Part shown: positions 8,534-15,563 of the stretch, in pieces | Layout: every line of letters begins with the position of its first letter | Numbering within the stretch: position 1 is the stretch's first letter | The notes under the pieces: generated by a model | Seen by the model: the letters and a program-made list of their open reading frames with translations, nothing else | What the model was told of the DNA's origin: nothing | The model's database searches: none | Made by a program: the position numbers and the translations under genes | Virus record (IMG/VR): IMGVR_UViG_3300047308_000103 | Location: 1 to 45,140 of that record | Origin: a virus | Lineage: Duplodnaviria > Caudoviricetes | DNA length: 45,140 bases | Direction: 5' to 3' (one strand)

Positions 8534-10226
8534 CTTCAAACTTTTTCTCCGTCTTTGCTGGAAATCTCTTCAGCTTCCACCTCCTACCCGTGCTCAACTG
8601 GCAATGGCCCGTTATCTCCAGCACGGAGGTAAACGTGTGCAGCTACAATGCTTTCGCGGATTGGGAAAAAGTTGGGTTACAGCTGCGTTTGTGCTGTGGA
8701 CTCTCTTTTGTGACAAAGACAAAAAAATTATGGTGGTATCGGCAAGCAAACAGCGGGCCGATGATTTCAGCATATTCTGTCAGCGTTGTATTCTTGAGTT
8801 CGAATGGTTAGCACACATGCGCCCATCCGACGATGATCAACGTTGGAGTCGCATATCGTTTGATATTGCTGGTTGTAAACCTGCCCAGTCCCCATCCGTT
8901 AAAAGCGTAGGTGTGTCGGGTCAGTTAACAGGCAGCCGTGCTGACCTTCTCATTGCTGACGATATTGAGACGCCTAATAATAGTGCGACAGATATGATGA
9001 GGGAAAAACTCCTTCAACTTGTTACTGAGTTTGAATCGGTGTTGACGCCTAAACCGGACAGCCGTATCGTTTTTCTTGGCACACCGCAATCAAATTTTAC
9101 TATTTATCGACAACTTAGGGAACGTGGGTATATTCCAATGGTGTGGCCTGCTCGCTATCCACGTAATCTTGTCGGATACGAGGATGTTCTTGCTGAAGAA
9201 TTAGTTGCTGACATTGAAAAAGAAGGGCTTGACAAATTAGCTTGGAAACCAACTGATACACGGTTTTCCGAAATCAACCTTCTTGAACGGGAACTATCCA
9301 TGTCTCGTTCAAATTTTTCCCTACAATTTCAACTTGATACGTCCCTATCCGACGCCCTCAAGTTCCCCCTCAAGCTCAGCGACTTCTCAGTGATGCCCCT
9401 AGACCCCAGCAAGGGGCCTTCTGACGTTGTTTGGGGTTCTGATAAAGAAACCCTCCTTGACCTGCCCGCCGTGGCCCTTCCAGGCGATAGGTGGCACAGA
9501 CCAAAGACAACAGGAGAGTACATTCCCTATGGGCAAACAATTGTTGCTGTGGATCCATCTGGTCGCGGTAAAGACGAGACAGTAGCTGTTGTCCTTTCGC
9601 AAATTAATGGATTCATCTTTATTAGGGACATCCTAGCGACCCAGGACGGGTACTCCGACAAGACTCTTCGTGGCATCCTGACTATGGCGCGACGTTATGG
9701 TTCTAGTATGTGTCTCATTGAGTCTAACTTTGGTGATGGGGCCGTCATGGAACTCATGAAGAAGCATTCCCAAGAAATGAAGGTTGGTATGGCCTTTGAG
9801 GAGGTACGAGCTACTACTCGGAAGGAAGACAGAATCATCGACACACTGGAACCCGTCCTCAACCAGCACCGCCTTGTCATCGACGAGAAACTCATTACCT
9901 GGGACTATCAGTCCAACCACGACATGGCCCCAGAAGAGCGCCTACCCCGGATGCTCATGTACCAACTGACCCGCATGTGTCGTGAGAAAGGGGCAGTGAA
10001 GCATGATGATAGAGTCGATGCTCTCGCCTTGGGTGTCAAATACTTCCAGGATGTCCTCGCCATCTCCGCTAAGGAACAGGAAATTCATAAGTCCCGTCAA
10101 CAATGGGACAACATGGTTGAGGGGTTCCTTCGTGCCCCTACCCTGGCCACCGATTTGCTGGTTGCGGGAAGTGATTTTTCCGAGCCAATTACCCACGAGG
10201 AAGGCGCCATTTTTACTTGGATTTGA
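8472..10226 (+). CDS. terL: Terminase large subunit (T7 gp19-like)
   Basis: FRGLGKS Walker A, LLIADDIE Walker B, AVDPSGRGKDET nuclease motif, HDDRVDALA. Confidence 0.96.
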   Translation: MQPSKNLNKSPVDYEQRLKDDFKLFLRLCWKSLQLPPPTRAQLAMARYLQHGGKRVQLQCFRGLGKSWVTAAFVLWTLFCDKDKKIMVVSASKQRADDFSIFCQRCILEFEWLAHMRPSDDDQRWSRISFDIAGCKPAQSPSVKSVGVSGQLTGSRADLLIADDIETPNNSATDMMREKLLQLVTEFESVLTPKPDSRIVFLGTPQSNFTIYRQLRERGYIPMVWPARYPRNLVGYEDVLAEELVADIEKEGLDKLAWKPTDTRFSEINLLERELSMSRSNFSLQFQLDTSLSDALKFPLKLSDFSVMPLDPSKGPSDVVWGSDKETLLDLPAVALPGDRWHRPKTTGEYIPYGQTIVAVDPSGRGKDETVAVVLSQINGFIFIRDILATQDGYSDKTLRGILTMARRYGSSMCLIESNFGDGAVMELMKKHSQEMKVGMAFEEVRATTRKEDRIIDTLEPVLNQHRLVIDEKLITWDYQSNHDMAPEERLPRMLMYQLTRMCREKGAVKHDDRVDALALGVKYFQDVLAISAKEQEIHKSRQQWDNMVEGFLRAPTLATDLLVAGSDFSEPITHEEGAIFTWI

Positions 10227-10867
10227 AGGGTAGCGTTTTTCCCGACATCCCTTGGTATGACTGCCTCCAAGAAAGGGTGCCTACTATTACCCGTGGAAGT
10301 GGTGCTCCATGGGTGTGGAAACAGCGGTTCCGAAGGGGGGAAAGAGGGGGGTTCCCCCTTAAGTAGCCCCTTCCCCCAACGCTACCACTATGTCCCGCGA
10401 CTAACCAAAAGTAAACCCTTTATCAAAAACGGGTGAATCCTCTGGTAAGCGGGTATTGGATGACGGACGGTCCCCCTCCGGGGGGGCTGACAAACAGAAA
10501 ACTCCAGTGTTTACTAAGCGAGCGAAGCGAGCGTCCTACCAGACAAACGGATAACGGAATAAAGAACAAGAAAAAAAGAATAAGAATCTTAATAATGACA
10601 AATTTTATTCCTTTTTATTATTCTTATTACCGTATATATAGGCGGAGCGTAGCGGAGCATATATTGTTAATGATCTTCTTTATTATTATTAATGATAATA
10701 ATTAATGTTAATATTCTTTTTATTGTTCTTTAAGGAAGAATGTATCCGATAGGTAGTAATGTGAAACATCGTGACCTATCCGATACAGCTGTTATAGAAA
10801 GAAAAATAACAACCATAACAATAACTCTAATACCACTGTTACTACCACAACCACAACCATTACCGTT
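10227..10867. other. Structured non-coding spacer with AT-rich core (candidate origin / concatemer-processing region)
   Basis: G/C runs at 10333-10490, very AT-rich 10555-10740, several inverted repeats, no credible ORF. Confidence 0.5.
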
Positions 10868-11497
10868 ATGTCAGTAAAGCTTATCTGGATTACTCCAGCA
10901 GCAGAACATCAAATTGAATACTGTGCTAGGGTCAGTAATCCAAAGAATCAAAACAAGTTAGACACAACCGGAAAGTTGCTGCGCTATCTTGTTGCGCATA
11001 AGCATTGGTCTCCTTTTGAGATGGCTTCTGCTTGCTTTGAGATTACTACTACTCGGGACATCTCAGCACAGATACTCCGTCATAGATCGTTCTCCTTTCA
11101 GGAATTCAGTCAACGATACGCTTCCACTGTGGATGGACTAGGGGGAATTGACATTCCACAACTCCGTAGACAAGATCCAACCAATAGACAGAATAGTACT
11201 AATGACCTAACCACAGAAGAGACACAAGGTTTCTATCGCCGAATCAGTTCGCTATTCGAAGATGCCGAACACCTCTACCAAGAAATGTTGTCATCAGGGG
11301 TAGCAAAAGAATCAGCAAGGAAGATCCTTCCCATGAATAGTCCTACTCGGCTCTACATGTCGGGAACAATCCGCTCGTGGATCCACTATTTACAAATAAG
11401 GCGTGGCCAAGAAACACAGCTTGAGCATCGGATCATCGCAACACAGATCTATCAACTCCTCAATGAAGAGATGCCGAATTTGTGGGAAGTGGTCTGA
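10868..11497 (+). CDS. thyX: Flavin-dependent thymidylate synthase
   Basis: HWSPFE and RHRSFSFQEFSQRY signature; AKESARKILP. Confidence 0.95.
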   Translation: MSVKLIWITPAAEHQIEYCARVSNPKNQNKLDTTGKLLRYLVAHKHWSPFEMASACFEITTTRDISAQILRHRSFSFQEFSQRYASTVDGLGGIDIPQLRRQDPTNRQNSTNDLTTEETQGFYRRISSLFEDAEHLYQEMLSSGVAKESARKILPMNSPTRLYMSGTIRSWIHYLQIRRGQETQLEHRIIATQIYQLLNEEMPNLWEVV

Positions 11498-12068
11498 GAG
11501 GGGCCTGGGTGGTCCTGTAACACCCCTCTGACTCTCCGTAGGTGTCCATACACCTCCGGCTCCTCAGAGGGCCATTGTGGGGGCTTGTAGGGGTCACCCT
11601 TGATTTTTGACACAAATTTCAGAAGTCCCGACGCCATACGCCCGGCGCCAGCATCCCCCCCATGGCCCCCCTCCTGGCCAAAAGTATCGGGGTGGGGGGT
11701 GTCTCTGTCCAAATCCGTGTCCAAACCGCTGTGGACAGGCCCAGATCCATTGGTATCACTGGCCTGATCATCTGCTGTGAATGCAGGTACGCAAGGCACA
11801 ATGGACCAGGATGATGGTACAAACGCACTAGTTGCTACATAACCTAGTGCTCGTGTGTAGTATGCGTGTACTATTTATCAAAAAATCTGTGCGATTTGCA
11901 TTAACGTGTGCTTATTGAGAATAGCAGAACCCTTGCCATCACTAGGATCAAGGGGCAATTGTAACGAAATGTGAAGATATTCAGCCATTTCCTGGGCACT
12001 GGTAGGGCTAGGGCTTACCATTACGTTCAAGCGAGCCGAATCACTTACCCACTCGCTTCTCTCTGACC
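11498..12068. promoter_or_regulatory. Genome-end / early control region (probably contains the physical terminal repeat and the host-RNAP promoter)
   Basis: Non-coding gap between the last late gene and the first early gene; G/C runs at 11655-11700; -10-like TACCAT at 12016-12021 followed by a 7-bp hairpin at 12029-12058. Confidence 0.6.
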
Positions 12069-12746
12069 ATGATCACCACACTACGTACAGAGACAGTCAG
12101 TGCTGACCCTAAGTACTGGGACTGTCCAACACTGGACACCGAACAGCACATCAGCGAATCACTAGGCAACCAATTGGAGCTGCCTGACTCTATCGACGCT
12201 GACCAGTGGGCAACAGAACAGGATGCGGCTCTGTGTCGTTGGTTTGCCCGACTGGGCCATCAACAATACGAACAAGTAGCTAGAGACAACACATACAATC
12301 AGGAGAACGACCTATCTGCAAACTACGTTTATTCTGTGTTTGCTCCAGTTGATTGTTCTGATTGGTTGTGGTGTGATGATGTCTTCGTTGTTATCGAGAC
12401 TCACCTAGGTGGGGACGTTAGGGGCAACTATGGGTCACTCGCTGTCTATCGGGTTGATCAACTAGCTGAGACAGGGTTCTTTGATCTTGTTTGTGGTTGG
12501 TATGCATCACCGATTAGCAGTGAATCCGTCAACTACCTTACGGATTGTGAGCATCCCGAACTTCAGGCAGCTAACGACAGGCTAAGCACTGGCTACACTA
12601 ACCACCCTACCTCTGAGATTCGCAATCTTCTTTGGCAGGGATGCGAGCCTGTGTGGTCTGAGCAACTAGGTTGCTACGTTGCAAGGTTAGCTGATGTTCC
12701 CTTTGCGGTTCGTCTTGTTCCCACTGCGCCTTACTACGCCGGTTGA
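12069..12746 (+). CDS. First early protein, acidic, unknown function
   Basis: 225-aa ORF; about 34 D/E versus 11 K/R by hand count. Confidence 0.8.
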   Translation: MITTLRTETVSADPKYWDCPTLDTEQHISESLGNQLELPDSIDADQWATEQDAALCRWFARLGHQQYEQVARDNTYNQENDLSANYVYSVFAPVDCSDWLWCDDVFVVIETHLGGDVRGNYGSLAVYRVDQLAETGFFDLVCGWYASPISSESVNYLTDCEHPELQAANDRLSTGYTNHPTSEIRNLLWQGCEPVWSEQLGCYVARLADVPFAVRLVPTAPYYAG

Positions 12747-12749
12747 TTA

Positions 12750-12801
12750 CTACAAACTAGGGGCAGGTAACAGAGCCCCTTCTCTGTAGCAATTAGCTAC
12801 A
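12750..12801 (+). promoter_or_regulatory. Intergenic hairpin with internal loop (RNase III-site-like)
   Basis: CTACA-aact-AGGGGC...GCCCCT-tctc-TGTAG; same architecture as 13099-13155. Confidence 0.6.
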
Positions 12802-12831
12802 ACCTTTCACGATCACAACGCACTTAAACCA

Positions 12832-13095
12832 ATGGTAAGTTTTGAATTTGACTATTCTTTTGATTGGCTGTTTAACCTGATCATTAAACTTAATGGTAAG
12901 GTTATCGGTACTATCTCAAAGAATGAAAAGGTTGATGATCAGTATTCTTTGCGGATCTTTAAGCCTAGTTTTCCTTCTGAGATAGGCCGGACTGAATATG
13001 CTTTACAGTCTTTTGATACTGTCGGAGAATGTAAGGATGCTCTGTTTGCTATGCCATTTGGGGACCTAGTATTGGTTGGCAATTATAACGATTGA
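12832..13095 (+). CDS. Early hypothetical protein
   Basis: 87-aa ORF bracketed by the two hairpins. Confidence 0.7.
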   Translation: MVSFEFDYSFDWLFNLIIKLNGKVIGTISKNEKVDDQYSLRIFKPSFPSEIGRTEYALQSFDTVGECKDALFAMPFGDLVLVGNYND

Positions 13096-13098
13096 TCA

Positions 13099-13155
13099 TT
13101 ACAAGTAAGGGTGACTTAGCAAACACCCTTTCCTGTAGTTATCACCAGTAACTAC
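13099..13155 (+). promoter_or_regulatory. Intergenic hairpin with internal loop (RNase III-site-like)
   Basis: TTACA-agt-AAGGGTG...CACCCTT-tcc-TGTAG. Confidence 0.6.
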
Positions 13156-13181
13156 GCTTAACCACCACACCCACCACCACC

Positions 13182-13403
13182 ATGCCCAGCACCATTTACC
13201 CACCAATCTTTAAGGCTACCTTTCGTATCCGTGAGGCTTACGGCAACGTCCGCGCCTATCCGGTAACTCGTGAGGCTACGCTATTGTGTAACCTTGCGGG
13301 AACTAAGACACTACGTGCCCAAGATATTGACACTATCCGAGAGTTAGGCTTTGAGTGTCTAGATGTTGAGGGTAATGTTATTAACGCAATCGACCTCTAT
13401 TAA
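13182..13403 (+). CDS. Early hypothetical protein
   Basis: 73-aa ORF after an A/C-rich leader; YGNVRAYP...LAGTKTL motif recalled from small phage proteins. Confidence 0.75.
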   Translation: MPSTIYPPIFKATFRIREAYGNVRAYPVTREATLLCNLAGTKTLRAQDIDTIRELGFECLDVEGNVINAIDLY

Positions 13404-13504
13404 TGATGGATAACTTCATCAATGAAGAACGACTCCTTGATCTATGGCTTGAGGAGTACTTTGAGGACCACGAAGACACCAACGATGAGGAATTGGACCA
13501 ATGA
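13403..13504 (+). CDS. Very acidic 33-aa peptide (MMDNFINEERLLDLWLEEYFEDHEDTNDEELDQ)
   Basis: Hand-translated; TAATG coupling upstream and ATGA overlap with the methyltransferase. Confidence 0.65.
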   Translation: MMDNFINEERLLDLWLEEYFEDHEDTNDEELDQ

Positions 13505-14079
13505 AAGTATTAATTGCTTGCGAGTATTCTGGCGCTGTGCGCGATGCTTTCATTCGACAAGGGCATGATGCTATGAGTTGTGATCTTTTGCCTACTGATG
13601 TTGAGGGTCCTCATTATCACGGCAATGTCTTTGATGTTATCAATGATGGTTGGGACCTTATGATTGGTCATCCACCTTGCACACATCTAGCTGTGTCTGG
13701 TGCTCGATGGTTCAAAGATAAGGTAGAAGAACAGAAGGAAGCACTTGCTTTTGTTCAAAAGTTAATGGATGCACCGATAGAAAGAATAGCTATTGAGAAT
13801 CCAGTTAGTGTTATCTCCTCTCGAATTAGGAAGCCCGATCAGATCATTCAACCTTGGATGTTTGGTCATCATGAGGCTAAGGCTACGTGTCTATGGTTAA
13901 AGAATCTACCTAAGTTAGTGGCCACTGATGTATTGTCTTTGCCAGAGTCTGGTAGGTGGAATAATCAAACACCTAGTGGACAAAATAAACTCGGACCATC
14001 ACCACTTAGGTGGAAGGAACGTAGTAAAACCTACCAGGGAATTGCTAATGCAATGGCACAACAATGGGGAAATGTGTAA
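13501..14079 (+). CDS. Short DNA cytosine-C5 methyltransferase-like protein
   Basis: VLIACEYSG (motif I-like), HPPCT (catalytic PC), IENPV (motif VI). Confidence 0.8.
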   Translation: MKVLIACEYSGAVRDAFIRQGHDAMSCDLLPTDVEGPHYHGNVFDVINDGWDLMIGHPPCTHLAVSGARWFKDKVEEQKEALAFVQKLMDAPIERIAIENPVSVISSRIRKPDQIIQPWMFGHHEAKATCLWLKNLPKLVATDVLSLPESGRWNNQTPSGQNKLGPSPLRWKERSKTYQGIANAMAQQWGNV

Positions 14080-14198
14080 TGATTAAGAACATTCTCGCTA
14101 CCCTCTTCATTACCTTCTTAAGTTATGCTATCATCTCCAGTATTGGTGAGCCCCAGCATAGTTATCGTACCCCTAGTATTGTTACTATTGCTGATTAA
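14079..14198 (+). CDS. Small membrane peptide (39 aa, MIKNILATLFITFLSYAIISSIG...)
   Basis: Hand-translated; TAATG coupling; single hydrophobic helix. Confidence 0.55.
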   Translation: MIKNILATLFITFLSYAIISSIGEPQHSYRTPSIVTIAD

Positions 14199-14216
14199 AA
14201 CGTACCGCAGCATTAT

Positions 14217-14245
14217 GGGGGAACTGTAAAGGGTCCCCCCTTTTT
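14217..14245 (+). terminator. Intrinsic terminator closing the first early block
   Basis: GGGGGA...TCCCCC stem followed by CTTTTT. Confidence 0.7.
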
Positions 14246-14295
14246 ATGTCCCCAAGATTTTCACGATCACACGCTCACTGGGCTGCTGAGTCCCT

Positions 14296-14580
14296 GTGCT
14301 GAGTCCTATTGACATCCGTGCTAGGATTCTGATTGGGCTCATGCCCGCCCATTTTATCCACCTACCCAAAATGGTTTACCGCGATGCTAATGAGGCTGCT
14401 GTCCGTTGGGAAGCGAAGCCTAAGTTTTATTCAACAACTGAAGATCGAATTCTCACCATTATCAAACAAGCCCGCTGTGTCATCAACAACAAAGATAGAA
14501 AACTCGCCTACAAAGTCGGGTACCTCGAAGAATGTCTCAAAAGCATTGAAGAAAGCATCACCTTCAAAGAGGACTTCTAG
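14296..14580 (+). CDS. Hypothetical protein (true start may be ATG 14341 or 14371)
   Basis: ORF with protein-like C-terminal half (LAYKVGYLEECL). Confidence 0.5.
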   Translation: MLSPIDIRARILIGLMPAHFIHLPKMVYRDANEAAVRWEAKPKFYSTTEDRILTIIKQARCVINNKDRKLAYKVGYLEECLKSIEESITFKEDF

Positions 14581-14625
14581 ACTTGATAAACCTTACTATC
14601 TTCCATTTGTTTATAAAAAAGACTG

Positions 14626-14871
14626 ATGGCTACTAAAACAAAAGAAAGAGAACCTAATTGGGACTCATTCCCTCCTGAGATGAGGAAACTGGTTGAGACT
14701 ATTCGACAGCGTGGTAGTGAGGCTTTGGATGAAATGCAACGCATTCTTGTTGTTCAGATCTTCCGGACATCTGCTATGACACATGATCCACGTGTTGAAT
14801 TTGTCAAGAAAAGGATTCAGGAAGCTCATCTTGATTACTGCTTTAGGATGCCTGCTTATTCCAAACGATGA
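14626..14871 (+). CDS. Hypothetical protein
   Basis: 81-aa ORF in a tightly packed operon. Confidence 0.7.
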   Translation: MATKTKEREPNWDSFPPEMRKLVETIRQRGSEALDEMQRILVVQIFRTSAMTHDPRVEFVKKRIQEAHLDYCFRMPAYSKR

Positions 14872-15029
14872 GGTATTGTTGTTGGGAATTTATTAGTCCG
14901 TGTGGGATTACTGGGAAACTTATGGCTCACAGTAAGGCTCATGCAATCATGACCATTAAGGAACTCTTTCCTTCTGTTAATCTTCTTTCATTAACCCTTA
15001 TTATGGAGGATTTATGGACTTCGAAGTAG
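14868..15029 (+). CDS. Hypothetical 53-aa protein (MRYCCWEFISPCG...)
   Basis: Hand-translated; ATGA overlap; fills the gap. Confidence 0.55.
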   Translation: MRYCCWEFISPCGITGKLMAHSKAHAIMTIKELFPSVNLLSLTLIMEDLWTSK

Positions 15030-15259
15030 CTATTCGACTTACTGGTAGACAACACCTACCAAATCCTGAACAATTATCGCATCATCTTTCTGATGTTCTT
15101 ACTTGGAGGCAGTTACGCAAACTAGCAAAGAAGAATCACCTCCATCAATACAGTTACCTAAACAAAAAGGGACTAGCTACGGTTCTTGCTTACCAGGCTT
15201 TCAATAAAGCATCACGTCACCCACAAATCAATGGCTTGGAAATTGTATCGGCAGGATGA
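15014..15259 (+). CDS. Small protein with Rho-N/HeH-like nucleic-acid-binding motif
   Basis: GGAGG SD; LTWRQLRKLAKKNHLHQYSYLNKKGL. Confidence 0.6.
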   Translation: MDFEVAIRLTGRQHLPNPEQLSHHLSDVLTWRQLRKLAKKNHLHQYSYLNKKGLATVLAYQAFNKASRHPQINGLEIVSAG

Positions 15260-15560
15260 TTATGATAATCAGCTTTATGAGTTGATTCATAGTGGTCTTG
15301 ATAGGTTAATTGATCTTGGTTCTAGGATGGAGGCACATGAAGATGTGCTTGCTACCCATGAGGAAGATCTTGAGACTGGGGAAGTAACAAAGCTTCCTGA
15401 TTGTCATCCAGAACAGTTACTGATAGCTCAACTTGGTCTTGATGGGGCTGAGGATGAGGCTGAGATAACTCAAAAGATGATTCAATTAGTATCTAGGATT
15501 ATGATCATTCGTAATGCTAGACACATTGTTAAGGATAGTCCCACAACGGAAACTGATTGA
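15231..15560 (+). CDS. Acidic hypothetical protein
   Basis: ATG 15231 in the 15186-15560 frame; directly precedes RNAP. Confidence 0.7.
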   Translation: MAWKLYRQDDYDNQLYELIHSGLDRLIDLGSRMEAHEDVLATHEEDLETGEVTKLPDCHPEQLLIAQLGLDGAEDEAEITQKMIQLVSRIMIIRNARHIVKDSPTTETD

Positions 15561-15563
15561 TCA

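Noticed and set aside
10333-10376. G-quadruplex in the G runs after terL
   Set aside because: Only two long G tracts, and they have complementary C tracts nearby, so a simple hairpin explains them
10433-10705. 90-aa ORF in the AT-rich spacer
   Set aside because: GTG start and low-complexity translation of repeats and hairpins; more plausibly non-coding
11857-11871. NtcA box
   Set aside because: Spacing is GTA-N9-TAC rather than N8; the site fits LexA better
11991-12005. Syn5-like RNAP promoter CCTGGGCACTGGTAG (10/15 to ATTGGGCACCCGTAA as recalled); similar partial hits near 19235 and 30653
   Set aside because: Matches are degenerate and inconsistent with each other, and one lies mid-gene; not distinguishable from chance by eye
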